A stretch of DNA of 63,769 bases, counting the filler, from an uncultured bacterium (GTDB lineage: Bacteria; DYJV01): the NCBI GenBank assembly GCA_964543655.1. It is 4 parts of 4 records of this genome, joined end to end, with 100 filler letters (N's around TTAATTAATTAA, not from the genome) between each part and the next. Parts side by side here need not be neighbours in the genome. Positions count along the whole stretch, not along the records: positions 18,375 to 36,190 come from CAZIZE010000054.1; 3 more parts are not named here. The stretch is one strand, 5' to 3'. Position 1 is the first letter of the stretch. Each line of letters starts with the position of its first letter. Shown here piece by piece: positions 19,475-30,790 of this stretch. Below the pieces are notes generated by a model. It saw only the letters and a program-made list of their open reading frames with translations, had not been told where the DNA came from and did no database searches. The position numbers and the translations under genes are program-made.

Positions 19475-19777
19475 AAGAGCTTTGCACAGTAAAATTTGTA
19501 GTTATTAAATAAAAATTTTAGCATCCCCTAATGATGCAGCACAAAGCTCTTATGCAAAACCAAAAATAAAATCCAACAGCAATTTTTTTACAACTGCTTC
19601 TATTTTCCCCAAAAGCTATCATTTTGAGGGTGTTAGCCCGAAAAATCTCTTGATTCAGGATTGATTTTGTATTATCCAGTTTCACTGTTTAACGTTCATA
19701 ATTCACAGTTGAGAGATACTTTAATAACAACAATCTAAGAATATTACAAATGTCATTTTAAGTAGAAAGTTGCATTA
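19475..19777. mobile_element. Composite MITE-like repeat cluster (IR-bounded module C, module A 19553-19671, module B 19672-19777)
   Basis: Module A is an inverted, same-length (119 bp) copy of 33754-33872; module B matches 33612-33697 and 60653-60740. Confidence 0.75.
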
Positions 19778-19822
19778 AATAATTTAATAAAGAACATTTT
19801 GCCTATGAGCAAAACTATAAAA

Positions 19823-20542
19823 CTATTTAACTATCTCTTTAATTTTATAATTAATATGCCTTTTTATCATCCATCTTACAGCAAAGAGGTCTAATAATGC
19901 AGTAAATGCTCTTTTTTTAATTCCAAGACCATATTTAGATTCTCCAAATTTTCTTGGATGATGGGAAACTTCTATTTGAAAAATAGTGGCACCTTCAAGT
20001 TTTAATAGAGTTGGTAAAAATCTATGCATACCTTTAAACATTTTTATTTTATCAAGGTATTCTTTTTTGAAAATTTTCAGAGAGCAACCTGTATCAATAA
20101 TATTGTCATTGGTAAGTTTATTTCGAATAAAATTACCTATTTTTGAGCTTATTTTCCTGATAAAGTTATCCTGCCTTTTAGCCCTGAAACCGCAAACAAC
20201 ATCAAATCTATCCATATACTCCATCATTTTAGGCACATCTGCTGGGTCATTTTGAAGATCAGCATCAAGAGTAACTACATATCTACCTGTGGCATGTTTA
20301 AAACCTGCATCAAATGCAGCACTCTGGCCTCTATTTTCCTGAAAAACAACTACTTTTACATTAGCATCATTTTCATGTAAAGATTTCATAATATTAAGGC
20401 TATTGTCATAACTACCATCATCAACAAACACAATTTCATAATTATAGCCATTTTCATTAACTACTTTTTTAATTGCATCGTAAAGAGGTATAAGACTCTC
20501 CTCTTCATTGTAAACAGGTATAACAAAAGAAATTTTATCCAT
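19823..20542 (-). CDS. GT2 polyprenyl-phosphate glycosyltransferase (ArnC/DPM1-like)
   Basis: VIPVYNEE, VDDGSYD, NRGQSAA, LDADLQNDP, MHRFLP. Confidence 0.9.
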   Translation of the reverse strand: MDKISFVIPVYNEEESLIPLYDAIKKVVNENGYNYEIVFVDDGSYDNSLNIMKSLHENDANVKVVVFQENRGQSAAFDAGFKHATGRYVVTLDADLQNDPADVPKMMEYMDRFDVVCGFRAKRQDNFIRKISSKIGNFIRNKLTNDNIIDTGCSLKIFKKEYLDKIKMFKGMHRFLPTLLKLEGATIFQIEVSHHPRKFGESKYGLGIKKRAFTALLDLFAVRWMIKRHINYKIKEIVK

Positions 20543-21134
20543 ATATACCTCTTAGAATATTTAAAAGTTTTTTAAAAGCTTTACCTCTGTGGCTTATTTT
20601 GTTTTTCTCATTTAACTCGAGCTCAGCCATTGTTTTATTGAGTTCAGGAATTAAAAATATAGGATCATAGCCAAAACCTTTATTCCCTCTTGGTTTATCA
20701 ATAATTTCACCATAACATCTTTCTGTTGAATTATAAATTTTACCATTTTTATCAATAAAAACAAGGGCACATTCAAAGTATGCTCTTTTATTTTTTAAAC
20801 TTTTTACCTTTTTAATTAATTTTTTATTATTATCTTCATCTGATGCATTTTCACCTGCGTACCTTGCTGATAAAACACCAGGCTCCCCTAATTCTTCTAC
20901 AATTATTCCAGAATCATCTGCAATTACTGGAAGCTTATACATGTTGAAAACAGTTTCAGCTTTTATCATAGCATTTTCAATAAATGTTGAGCCATTTTCA
21001 ATAATTACTGGCTTAGCAGGTAAATCATTAAGGGATAAAAGCTTTATATTCAGCCTGTTTTTACTTAAAAGAAATTCTAATTCCTTTAATTTTCCAATAT
21101 TTCCTGTTGCAAAAATAATTTTTTCTTTTTCCAT
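20535..21134 (-). CDS. rdgB: XTP/dITP diphosphatase (HAM1 family)
   Basis: ATGNIGKLKE, ADDSG, GFGYDPIF, SHRGKA. Confidence 0.95.
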   Translation of the reverse strand: MEKEKIIFATGNIGKLKELEFLLSKNRLNIKLLSLNDLPAKPVIIENGSTFIENAMIKAETVFNMYKLPVIADDSGIIVEELGEPGVLSARYAGENASDEDNNKKLIKKVKSLKNKRAYFECALVFIDKNGKIYNSTERCYGEIIDKPRGNKGFGYDPIFLIPELNKTMAELELNEKNKISHRGKAFKKLLNILRGIYG

Positions 21135-21140
21135 ATTAAT

Positions 21141-21848
21141 TTAAAGACCTAAAACTTTTTTCTGAAACTCATTTAGCTTTTCTGCACCTTTAAGTGCCAT
21201 ATTTTTCATTATTTCAAATTCTTCCTGTGTAAATGGACGTTCTTCACCAGTCCCCTGAATTTCAACAAATTCTCCTTTACCTGTAATAACAAAATTCATA
21301 TCAATTTCTGCTTTGGAATCTTCAATATAGTCAAGATCTATCATTGGCACACCATTAACAATGCCAACACTAATAGCTGATACAAAATCTTTTATAGGAT
21401 TTTCTTTTAATTTTAGTTTGGAAATTGCAAGATATAGAGCAACAAAGCTCCCTGTAATTGAGGCAGTTCTTGTACCACCATCTGCCTGAATAACATCACA
21501 ATCTATCCAAAGGGTCTTTTCACCAAGTTTGCTCATATCTATAACTGATCGTAGTGAACGACCAATTAAACGTTGAATCTCCTGGCTTCTACCATCTATT
21601 TTCCCTTTTACAGAATCTCTGATTTTACGTGTTTCAGTAGAGCGTGGTAGCATTGAATATTCTGCTGTTATCCAGCCTGTGCCTTGACCTTTTAAAAAAG
21701 GGGGCACTTTATCTTCAATAGATACATTACAGATAACTTTTGTATTACCCATTTCTATTAAAACAGAACCTTCTGGATATTTTATATAATCCTTTGTGAT
21801 TTTCATTGGCCTAATCATATTTGTGCTTCTGCCATCATGCCTTTTCAT
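21141..21848 (-). CDS. rph: Ribonuclease PH
   Basis: [39 protein letters not shown]. Confidence 0.97.
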   Translation of the reverse strand: MKRHDGRSTNMIRPMKITKDYIKYPEGSVLIEMGNTKVICNVSIEDKVPPFLKGQGTGWITAEYSMLPRSTETRKIRDSVKGKIDGRSQEIQRLIGRSLRSVIDMSKLGEKTLWIDCDVIQADGGTRTASITGSFVALYLAISKLKLKENPIKDFVSAISVGIVNGVPMIDLDYIEDSKAEIDMNFVITGKGEFVEIQGTGEERPFTQEEFEIMKNMALKGAEKLNEFQKKVLGL

Positions 21849-22621
21849 TTTGACTCCTTTTTTATTTTTCTAACAATAATATTTTCTGCTTCATCTTTTC
21901 TAATGGAAATTTCACTCCCCTTTAATCTAATGCTAATTGGATCTCCAAGTGGAGCAATCTTTTCAACTCTAACAATGGTACCTGCAACACCACCCATTTC
22001 ACAAAACCTTTTGGCAAGCAGGGGATTTTTTTTTACTTTTAAAATTTCAGCTTGTTCACCTATTTTTATATTGTTCAAAGTGGTTGTACTACTGTTTAAC
22101 TTTGTGTTGTCAGGGCAATTTTCAAGAAATTGATTTATACACTCCTGGCAATTTTTTTGATAATTTTTGTCAAATATGTTAAAATTCCTGAATTTCCTGA
22201 ATTTATTTTTCAAATCCATTCCACCAAAAGGGCAACTATCAATAAATACCAGAAAGTTTTTAAATTTCTCAAGATTTTCTTTTGAAATAGTATGCTCCAT
22301 TTCACATGCAAGCTTACCTGCATCTTCCTCAGATATATCAAGTATCTCTTCAAAAAAACTTGTTAAAATCTCTTTTTTATTAATAAGATCATGAGCTATT
22401 TTCTCTCCTTCTTCTGTTAGAGTAATAGGTTTGTACGGCTTATAATTAATGTAGCCTTTTTCAGATAAAATTTTTAAAGCAGAAGTTACAGTGGATAATT
22501 TGACATTAAGAGCATCAGCAATATCCTTGACTCTAACTTCTCTATTTTTTAAAGATAATTCTCCTATTTTTTTAATGTAATTTTCAAGAGTAATGCTTAT
22601 TTCTCTCTCACTTTTGTGCAT
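21845..22621 (-). CDS. DtxR/MntR-family metal-dependent regulator with C-terminal FeoA domain
   Basis: ENYIKKI...VRVKDIA HTH, ACEMEH, C-terminal KIAPLGDPI. Confidence 0.88.
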   Translation of the reverse strand: MHKSEREISITLENYIKKIGELSLKNREVRVKDIADALNVKLSTVTSALKILSEKGYINYKPYKPITLTEEGEKIAHDLINKKEILTSFFEEILDISEEDAGKLACEMEHTISKENLEKFKNFLVFIDSCPFGGMDLKNKFRKFRNFNIFDKNYQKNCQECINQFLENCPDNTKLNSSTTTLNNIKIGEQAEILKVKKNPLLAKRFCEMGGVAGTIVRVEKIAPLGDPISIRLKGSEISIRKDEAENIIVRKIKKESK

Positions 22622-22679
22622 AATAATCTCCGCTATTTTCCTTTGAGATTTGAGAAATTAGCAGATAAAATTAGATTTG

Positions 22680-23969
22680 TCAAACAATTTTACCAATGAG
22701 GTCATAATCAGCATAATCTGTTATTTTTACATGATAAAAACCGCTACTTTCAATTATTCCTTCATTAATTAAAGTAATACCATCTATGTCTGGTGATTGA
22801 AACATTGTCCTCCCTTCTAAAAGCAATTGAGATTCAGAATAATAACCTGAAATATTAACCTCAAAAGTTTTGCCAATAAGTGAATTGTTGATTTCTTTAA
22901 CAATTTTTTTCTGAGAATCCATAATCAGATTGTATCGCTCCTCTTTTACTTCATCAGGTACCTGCTCTCCAAGTCTGGCAGCTAAAGTATTTTCCTCTTT
23001 TGAATATTTAAAGCAACCAAGGTTATAAAACCTAAATTCCTGTAGAAATTTTAGAAGTTTATTAAATTTTTCTTCATTTTCTCCTGGATACCCAACAATT
23101 ACACTTGTTCTTAAAAAAATATCAGAGTAATTAGTTTTTATATTTTCAAGAGTCTTTTTTATTTCAGTTTCATTTCTTATTCTATTCATTGACTTTAGAA
23201 TATCATTGTCAATATGTTGAATAGGAATATCAAGATAATTACAAAATTTTTCATGCTTTGTTAACTCAAGAAGTTCTTCATCTATATCATTTGGATAAAT
23301 ATAAAGTAATCTTAACCATTTTAAGTTTGAGATTTTCAAAATCTTTTTGAGCAATTTTTTTAAATTAGATTTATCATCTAAATCACGTCCATAATCACCA
23401 CTGTTTTGACTAACCAGGATAATTTCATAAATGCCATTATCTGTAATTTTTTCTATCTCTGTAACAATGTCTGAAATTTGTCTGGAAAATAGCTTCCCTT
23501 TTATAAAAGGAATGGTGCAAAAGCTGCAACCTCTCATACAACCTTCTGATATTTTCACATAGCAGTAAGAAGATGAAAAAATCCTCTGATTTTTTGATGA
23601 GTAAATAAATCTTTTTTTACTATTAAATTGTTTATTCTTGAGATAATCTATTATTGATAAATAATTGTAAGTATCAAAAAACTCTTCTACTTCTGGTAGT
23701 AATTCTTTTAATTTTTCTCTTCCATATCTGCTTACAAGACATCCAGCAACAATAACCCTGAATTTAATTTTACTAATTGCAAGTATGGTGTCAATTGCCT
23801 CACTAACAGCATCTTCAATAAAAGCACAGGTAAAAATAATTGCAATATCAGCAGATTCAACACTATTTTCTAAAATAAAACCTTCTTTTGCAAATTCTCC
23901 AGCAAGTACCTCTGCATCAACTTCATTTTTGGGGCAGCCTAAAACCACTATTGCTATTTTTTCTTTCAT
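22680..23969 (-). CDS. rimO: Ribosomal protein S12 methylthiotransferase
   Basis: LGCPKNEVDAE, KISEGCMRGCSFCTIP, WLRLLYIYP, SPDIDG. Confidence 0.93.
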   Translation of the reverse strand: MKEKIAIVVLGCPKNEVDAEVLAGEFAKEGFILENSVESADIAIIFTCAFIEDAVSEAIDTILAISKIKFRVIVAGCLVSRYGREKLKELLPEVEEFFDTYNYLSIIDYLKNKQFNSKKRFIYSSKNQRIFSSSYCYVKISEGCMRGCSFCTIPFIKGKLFSRQISDIVTEIEKITDNGIYEIILVSQNSGDYGRDLDDKSNLKKLLKKILKISNLKWLRLLYIYPNDIDEELLELTKHEKFCNYLDIPIQHIDNDILKSMNRIRNETEIKKTLENIKTNYSDIFLRTSVIVGYPGENEEKFNKLLKFLQEFRFYNLGCFKYSKEENTLAARLGEQVPDEVKEERYNLIMDSQKKIVKEINNSLIGKTFEVNISGYYSESQLLLEGRTMFQSPDIDGITLINEGIIESSGFYHVKITDYADYDLIGKIV

Positions 23970-24345
23970 AAATATTAAAACCCATAATCTTTTTCATTAA
24001 TTTCTGACAATAAAATTCATTGTTTGAATAATTAGCCTTATTCTTTGAGAGAATATTAAACTCAGCAATTAAGCTGTTAAATCGTCTTAATTGCTTAAAA
24101 AATTCGTTTTCCTCAGTTATTTCAAGTAAAAGCTTTTTTAAGTTTAAAATTTCATTTTTAATCTGAAACTCTTTTGGCAATACTCCTGAATTTTTTAAAA
24201 TATGAAATGCAATTCTAAATTGAGCAGGAGTTTTAAAATATTCGCTATTATCCACATATTTGCCATAAAATTCATTTTTGCTAAAATCTTCCTCTTTTAT
24301 CCATTGGGTTATTTTTTGCTCAGCAATTTTTTCAAATGCTAACAT
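23923..24345 (-). CDS. DUF1992-like (DnaJ-related) protein
   Basis: IAEQKI...RIAFHILKNSGVLP. Confidence 0.7.
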   Translation of the reverse strand: MLAFEKIAEQKITQWIKEEDFSKNEFYGKYVDNSEYFKTPAQFRIAFHILKNSGVLPKEFQIKNEILNLKKLLLEITEENEFFKQLRRFNSLIAEFNILSKNKANYSNNEFYCQKLMKKIMGFNIYERKNSNSGFRLPQK

Positions 24346-25301
24346 TATATAAACTCCGGATGAGAAAAGGATATTTTAACCTTTTCTAAAATTTTCTTGC
24401 AATTATCTATATCTTTTTCTATCTGCTTAATTAACTGATTTACAGAGGAGAATTTTATTGGCTCCCGTATTCTTTCAATAAATACAACCTTCAAAGTTTC
24501 ATTGTAAATATTTTTATTAAAATCAAATATATGCACTTCCACTGTAAGACTTTCACTGTTGAAAGTGGGATTAAATCCTATGCTGCATGCACCATTGTAA
24601 ATGTTACCTTTTAGGCCAATTTTGACTGCATAAACTCCATTTTTAGGATAAACCTCATTTGGCGATTTTAAATTAGCAGTGGGAAAACCTATTTTATTGC
24701 CCCTATGTTTACCGTGAACAACTTTGCCTTCAACAAGATAGTATCTACCTAAAAATTTTGCAACTTCTTTTACCATTCCTCTGGATATTAATTTTCTACA
24801 AAGTGTGGAACTAACAACCTGATTGTCAATAATAAAAGGTTCTAAAATTTTTACTTGAAAGTTGTATTTTTCTCCAAACTTTCTAAGCAGCTCAACATCA
24901 CCCTCTTTATTTTTCCCAAAAAAATAGTTATACCCAACAAATACCTCTTTACAGCAAAGGTTAGTAACAAGGACATTTTTTACAAATTCTTCTGGAGTGA
25001 GGTTGGCAAATTTTTTATCAAAATTTATAACAATGAGATTTTCTATCCCAAATTTTTCAATTAATTTTATCTTTTTTTTTAAAGGTGTTAATAAAAATAA
25101 TTTTTCCTCTTCAGTAAAAACCTTAACAGGATGAGGTTCAAAAGTTATAATAACACTTTCTCCACTAATCTCCTTTGCCCTTTTTATAATAGTTTTAAAA
25201 ATGTTTTGATGGCCCTTATGAACACCATCAAAGTTTCCAATTGTAACAACTGGATTTTTAATACTTCTGTTAATATCTGAAAAATTATAGAAAATTTTCA
25301 T
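24345..25301 (-). CDS. ribF: Riboflavin kinase/FAD synthetase
   Basis: IGNFDGVHKGHQ, TFEPHP, IGFPTAN, VEVHIFDF. Confidence 0.96.
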   Translation of the reverse strand: MKIFYNFSDINRSIKNPVVTIGNFDGVHKGHQNIFKTIIKRAKEISGESVIITFEPHPVKVFTEEEKLFLLTPLKKKIKLIEKFGIENLIVINFDKKFANLTPEEFVKNVLVTNLCCKEVFVGYNYFFGKNKEGDVELLRKFGEKYNFQVKILEPFIIDNQVVSSTLCRKLISRGMVKEVAKFLGRYYLVEGKVVHGKHRGNKIGFPTANLKSPNEVYPKNGVYAVKIGLKGNIYNGACSIGFNPTFNSESLTVEVHIFDFNKNIYNETLKVVFIERIREPIKFSSVNQLIKQIEKDIDNCKKILEKVKISFSHPEFI

Positions 25302-26164
25302 TTATTTCCCTGATAATTATCAAGATATTTTAAAAATTCATTTTCAGGTGTTAAAATCAGCTTATTCTTCTTAGTTAAAGAATCTTTATAAGCCTCCATG
25401 GTTCTGTAAAATTCATAGAAACTTTTATCTTGAGAAAAAGCCTTACCATATATTTCAATTGCTTTTGCTTCTCCTTCTCCTTTAATTATTTCTGCTTTCT
25501 TTTTAGCTTCAGAAAGAATAATATTTTTCTCTTTATCAGTTTCAGATTTAATCCTTAGAGATTGCTCCATACCTTCTGAACGATATTTTTTTGCCTGTCT
25601 ATATCTTTCTGCTTTCATTCTATCATAAACATGTCTTTCATTTTCAGGTGGAAGATCAGCACGTTTTATTCTAACATCAACAACTTCTATTCCATATTTT
25701 TTTGCAATTTTATTGCAATTTTCTGTAATAAAAGTCATTATTTCAGACCTTTTTAATGATACTATTTCCTGCAAAGTATGTTTCCCAAGAACAACCCTTA
25801 GCTCTGAATAGATAATATCATCAAGCCGCTCCTGTGCACCATAGTAATTTTTTACAGTTTCATAAAATTTTAATGGGTCTTTAATACGCCATTTTGCATA
25901 ATTGTCAACAACAAGATTCTTTTTATCCTGTGTTAGAATCTCAGCTGGTGCTGAATCGTATTCAAGAACTCTGTTATCAAAAAATATTACATTTTGAATA
26001 AATGGAAGCTTGTAATTCAGGCCAGGGTTATTAATTTCTCTAACAGGCTTTCCAAGTTGCAGAACAATGGCTTTCTGTGTTTGATCAACTGTAAAAAATA
26101 AGCCATTAATTGCGAAAAAACCAATAATAATTAGAATCAGGATAATAATATTTTTATTTCTCAT
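25298..26164 (-). CDS. hflC: FtsH protease modulator HflC
   Basis: SPFH domain, VDVRIKRADLP, FYEFYRTMEAY. Confidence 0.94.
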   Translation of the reverse strand: MRNKNIIILILIIIGFFAINGLFFTVDQTQKAIVLQLGKPVREINNPGLNYKLPFIQNVIFFDNRVLEYDSAPAEILTQDKKNLVVDNYAKWRIKDPLKFYETVKNYYGAQERLDDIIYSELRVVLGKHTLQEIVSLKRSEIMTFITENCNKIAKKYGIEVVDVRIKRADLPPENERHVYDRMKAERYRQAKKYRSEGMEQSLRIKSETDKEKNIILSEAKKKAEIIKGEGEAKAIEIYGKAFSQDKSFYEFYRTMEAYKDSLTKKNKLILTPENEFLKYLDNYQGNK

Positions 26165-27168
26165 TTTCCCCCTCCTTTCTTAAGGTCTAAAAGAGGGAAA
26201 ATCTTTTTCGCTGCTTCCCTGTCTAAAATCACCTTATCTGAATGTTTAAAAATTTGCTCCATAGTTTCTATATAAATTCTCTTTTTGGTAATATCTTTTG
26301 CCATATTATACTCTTTTAAAACTTGTAAAAACCGCTGGGTTTCTCCAAGAGCTCTATTAATCACCACCTGCTTATAGGCAAGGGCCTCATTTACGATTTT
26401 TGCTGCTTCTCCTTTTGCTTTTGGAATTACATCATTTCTGTAACCTTGAGCTTCATTTATATACCTCTCTTTATCTTCTTTGGCACTTGCAACATCTTTA
26501 AATGCATTTATAACTTCCACAGGTGGATGAACATCCTGTAACTGCACTGTTAATATTGAAATGCCAGCGTCATATTTGTCAATAATTTTTTGGAGTAAGT
26601 CTCTACACTCTTGCTGAATTCTATCTTTGCCTGTTGTTAAAACAGAGTCAATATCTGTTTTCCCAATAATTTCACGCATTGCTGCTTCAGCTGCTTTAAA
26701 AACAGTTGTAAACTGATTTTTAACATTAAAAAGGAATTTTATTGGATCGCGTATTTTAAATTGTACAATAAACTCAGCTTTTACAATGTTTTCATCTCCT
26801 GTAAGCATATAAGACTCTTTTGGCACCATCCTATACCTTGCTGGGTTTGTATTTGGTATTGTCCTAAAACCAATTTCAAGTCTATAAACCCGTGTAATAG
26901 CAGGCTTTAGAACTGTTTCAACAGGGTAGGGGATATGCCAGTGTGGACCGGGCCCAACAGTGTAAACATATTTGCCGAATCTTTTAACAACACCAACTTG
27001 CTGTGGGTCAACTATGTAAAATCCAGATGCAAGCCAGGCAAGCAAAAGGATTATCAATAGATTGGACGCTTTAGGAAAATTGATTTTTATATGTTTAAAT
27101 TTTTCAAAATCAATTTTATTATTTTTGCTAAATTTCTCTTTATTATAATCTTCATCATACCATGCCAT
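26161..27168 (-). CDS. hflK: FtsH protease modulator HflK
   Basis: MLTGDENIV, VHPPVEVINAFKDV, RIYIETME. Confidence 0.94.
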   Translation of the reverse strand: MAWYDEDYNKEKFSKNNKIDFEKFKHIKINFPKASNLLIILLLAWLASGFYIVDPQQVGVVKRFGKYVYTVGPGPHWHIPYPVETVLKPAITRVYRLEIGFRTIPNTNPARYRMVPKESYMLTGDENIVKAEFIVQFKIRDPIKFLFNVKNQFTTVFKAAEAAMREIIGKTDIDSVLTTGKDRIQQECRDLLQKIIDKYDAGISILTVQLQDVHPPVEVINAFKDVASAKEDKERYINEAQGYRNDVIPKAKGEAAKIVNEALAYKQVVINRALGETQRFLQVLKEYNMAKDITKKRIYIETMEQIFKHSDKVILDREAAKKIFPLLDLKKGGGK

Positions 27169-27369
27169 GAACTTTCCTCCTTTGTTGTAGCTTATATTTA
27201 AAAGTTGCTTTTAATTTAATTCAAAATAAAAAACAAAATTTTATAAAATAAATTTATGCAGGACTCTTCCTACTCGCTCTGTCTGGGGCAGAATGACTTT
27301 TTTGGAATTATTGTGCAATTTTAAACCATCATTTATTAAAAAATTTCAGCTTTTCATTACCAACTTTTA

Positions 27370-29364
27370 CTATTGCCAACCATAGCTATAATTAAAATCT
27401 TTTCCTGTTTGAACTTTTCCTGCCTTTAATTTGATGCAAAACTCTTTTAATGATTTTTTATAATATCTGAAATTTGAAATATCAAATAAAAATTTTGAAA
27501 ATCCCATATTTTCAAGTTCATTTTTGTTTTCAACTATATTAAATGGTTGTTTGTGAAATATTTGTACAAGCCCCTTTTTCCTTCTAATTATAAAAGATTC
27601 TTTTTTGTTGTCCATAACTTCGCTATTACTTTTTAAGCCATTGTCTATTCTTGAAATTAGAAGAGGAAAATTTGAATAAAGTGTTATAATTGCACTATTT
27701 TTCAGCTTAAAGTTAAGCAGGTTTTCTTTATCATTTTCAAAATCCAACACAACTCTGTTTACTTTTTCTTTTAAGAATAAATCAGCGGAATATGAGTTTG
27801 CAATATGTAAGCGCTCTGATAATATTAAGAAAGTTTTATTAATATTTTTAAAAAATTGAAGGTGGCTTTTTGAATTAATAAAAAACTTAAAAAAACCGTA
27901 AGTTGTTAAATCCTCTATTATTTTATGAAATTTTTCAAGCTCTTTTTCAAAGATAAATAAAGGAAGCTCAAATATAATATTGTTTTTTAATTTCTCTATC
28001 TTCTTTTTAACCAAATAAAGCTCATTTGCCTGATTAACTGGCAAAATCAGATAATCTTTTGTATTATCAGGGAAAGATAGAATATCCTTAATATTTGAAA
28101 TTTTAAAGTAATATTCCTTATTATGTTTGTTAATCTCTTTAATCTGTGGCAGGTCAAAATCTTTAACATTTATATTTTTTACTCTATTTAAAGATGGTGG
28201 AATATCAATATCAATTTTTGATGAAACTTTAAAAATAAGGGAGTTTTTTCTGATAGTTATACGCTCTGAAAGGGGAATTTTTACAATTTCACCTTTTTTT
28301 GCAGAATTACTTATTCTATTTTTCACAATAATCTTGTTGATTTTAACTGTTTTTTGTAAATCTTGGATTCTAACTCTGTCACCTATTTTTAAGTTGCTAC
28401 CGGTTTTAAAAACAATAAATCTATTTGATGATTCAATGGTTTTTCCTAAAAATAAGCCAGTTGCACCAGAGAGATTAGGCTCTACTATTGATTTAGAATT
28501 AAAATATATTCCAGGAGTTGTTTTTCTCCCCAGGCTATTTCTAATAAAATTTTTAGCTTCTTTTTTAATGTTTTCAGATAATTTACCATTTTTTTTGTAA
28601 TAATCAATTAAAATCCTGTATGCTCTTGTAACATTTGAAACATATTGTTCATTTTTCATTCTCCCTTCAATTTTAAAGGAGTCAATACCTAAATGTAGTA
28701 ATTGCTCAAAATTGTTTATTGAGCTTAAATCATTAGGTGAAAAAAAATAGCCTTTTTTCTGCCTGTTTAAAATGTATGCTCTTCTACAAGGCTGGGTGCA
28801 TCTGCCACGGTTAGCACTCTGGCTACCTAAAAATGAGCTAAAGTAGCATTGGCCTGCAAATGAGTAGCATAAAGCACCATGAATGAATATTTCAATTTCA
28901 ATAGAGGAGTTATTTTTAATTAATTTGATTTCTTCAAAAAAAAGTTGCCTATCAAGAATAACCCTTTTGAAATTTAATTTTTCTAAAAATTTTATATCAT
29001 AAGAGTTTAAATTTGTCATTTGAGTACTTGAGTGAAGTTTTAATGTGGGAAATAAGTCATTAACAATATTAACAATACCAAAATCTTGTACAATAATTGC
29101 ATCAACACCGATTTTTGATAAAATAGATAGATATTTTATCAGTTTATTTAACTCTATCTCCTTGATTAAAGTGTTAATTGCTATATAAAGCTTTATTCCA
29201 TTGGATTTTAAATAAGAGTAAATTGATGGAATTTGCTCAATTGAAAAATTAGATGCAAATGCTCTTGCACTGAATTCTTTTAAACCAAGGTATATTGAGT
29301 CAGCTCCTGAATTAACTGCTGCAACGAGAGCTTGCAAATTGCCTGCTGGTGAAAGTAATTCCAC
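27370..29364 (-). CDS. U32 family peptidase-like RNA hydroxylation protein (long, RlhA-like)
   Basis: ELLSPAG, HSSTQM, HGALCYSFAGQC, ANRGRCTQPCR, KIEGRMK. Confidence 0.88.
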   Translation of the reverse strand: MELLSPAGNLQALVAAVNSGADSIYLGLKEFSARAFASNFSIEQIPSIYSYLKSNGIKLYIAINTLIKEIELNKLIKYLSILSKIGVDAIIVQDFGIVNIVNDLFPTLKLHSSTQMTNLNSYDIKFLEKLNFKRVILDRQLFFEEIKLIKNNSSIEIEIFIHGALCYSFAGQCYFSSFLGSQSANRGRCTQPCRRAYILNRQKKGYFFSPNDLSSINNFEQLLHLGIDSFKIEGRMKNEQYVSNVTRAYRILIDYYKKNGKLSENIKKEAKNFIRNSLGRKTTPGIYFNSKSIVEPNLSGATGLFLGKTIESSNRFIVFKTGSNLKIGDRVRIQDLQKTVKINKIIVKNRISNSAKKGEIVKIPLSERITIRKNSLIFKVSSKIDIDIPPSLNRVKNINVKDFDLPQIKEINKHNKEYYFKISNIKDILSFPDNTKDYLILPVNQANELYLVKKKIEKLKNNIIFELPLFIFEKELEKFHKIIEDLTTYGFFKFFINSKSHLQFFKNINKTFLILSERLHIANSYSADLFLKEKVNRVVLDFENDKENLLNFKLKNSAIITLYSNFPLLISRIDNGLKSNSEVMDNKKESFIIRRKKGLVQIFHKQPFNIVENKNELENMGFSKFLFDISNFRYYKKSLKEFCIKLKAGKVQTGKDFNYSYGWQ

Positions 29365-30629
29365 TACTGATTCATACTCCTTAGAAACTCTTCATTTGTG
29401 GTGGTTTCTGAAATTTTTTCTATAAGAAATTCCATTGCTGAAACTGAGTCCATTCTATCAAGAACCTTTCTCAACAGCCAGATTCTTGGTAAAACATCTT
29501 TGTCAAGCAGCAATTCCTCTTTTCTTGTACCTGATGCATTAACATTAATTGCTGGAAAAACTCTTTTATTTGCAAGATTTCTGTCAAGATGCACTTCCAT
29601 ATTTCCAGTGCCTTTAAATTCTTCGAAAATTACATCATCCATTCTACTACCTGTTTCAATAAGTGCTGTGGCAATGATAGTAAGGCTGCCACCCTCTTCA
29701 ATGTTTCTTGCTGCACCAAAGAAACGCTTTGGTTTATAAAGAGCTGTAGCATCAATACCACCAGATAATACCTTACCACTTACAGGTGTAATAGAGTTGT
29801 AAGCTCTTGCAAGCCTTGTGATACTGTCAAGCAAAATAACAACATCTTTTTTGCATTCTACAAGCCGTCTTGCACGTTCTATAACAATTTCAGCAACTTG
29901 TACATGCCTTTCAACTGGCTCATCAAAAGTGGAGCTAATAACTTCACCTTTAACTGTCCTCATCATTTCAGTAACTTCTTCTGGCCTTTCATCTATGAGC
30001 AGCACTATTAAAAATATCTCAGGATGGTTAGTTGTAATTGAATTAGCTATTTGCTGTAAAAGAACAGTTTTACCAGTACGAGGTGGTGCAACTATAAGAC
30101 CTCTCTGTCCTTTCCCAATTGGAGTTAAGATATCCATAATTCTTGTGGAAATCACATTTGGCTGGGTTTCAAGATTAATTTTTTCATTTGGATGCAGAGG
30201 AGTAAGGTTGTCAAATAAAATTTTAGCTTTAATAGATTCAGGTGGTTCTCCACTAACTGATTCAACTTTCAAAAGTGCAAAATATTTTTCAGCTTCTTTT
30301 GGTGGTCTAATTTGACCTTCAACTGTGTGACCAGTTTTCATTCCAAACTTTCTAATTTGTGAAGGTGATACATAAATATCATCTGGGCCTGGTCTGTAAT
30401 TGTAATCAGCTGACCTTAAAAATCCAAATCCATCTGGTAATACTTCAAGAACACCACCACCGTAAATGTTACCATTTTTTTCTGCATAGGTTTTTAAAAT
30501 GTTAAATATAAGCTCCTGTTTTGTTAATAGTGAATAGCTTTCAATATTAAGATGCTCTGCTATTTGATGAAGTTCAGCAACAGGTTTTAATTTTAACTCA
30601 TTAAGATTCATTTTTTCTACTTCCTCCAT
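29364..30629 (-). CDS. rho: Transcription termination factor Rho
   Basis: [44 protein letters not shown]. Confidence 0.98.
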   Translation of the reverse strand: MEEVEKMNLNELKLKPVAELHQIAEHLNIESYSLLTKQELIFNILKTYAEKNGNIYGGGVLEVLPDGFGFLRSADYNYRPGPDDIYVSPSQIRKFGMKTGHTVEGQIRPPKEAEKYFALLKVESVSGEPPESIKAKILFDNLTPLHPNEKINLETQPNVISTRIMDILTPIGKGQRGLIVAPPRTGKTVLLQQIANSITTNHPEIFLIVLLIDERPEEVTEMMRTVKGEVISSTFDEPVERHVQVAEIVIERARRLVECKKDVVILLDSITRLARAYNSITPVSGKVLSGGIDATALYKPKRFFGAARNIEEGGSLTIIATALIETGSRMDDVIFEEFKGTGNMEVHLDRNLANKRVFPAINVNASGTRKEELLLDKDVLPRIWLLRKVLDRMDSVSAMEFLIEKISETTTNEEFLRSMNQ

Positions 30630-30790
30630 ACTATAAAATAGTTGTTTTGATTATATAAAATTCCTTCATTTCAGGATATAAGAATTATTTTCAAAGTAAC
30701 GATATATGATATAAAAAGACTTCTCTATTGGATGTGTCTTTCTTGATTTCATTTTAAATAAATTAAAAAAAATTAAAAGTCAACATATTT

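Noticed and set aside
22622-22679. Imperfect inverted repeat upstream of the DtxR-family gene
   Set aside because: Too degenerate in an AT-rich background to call an operator
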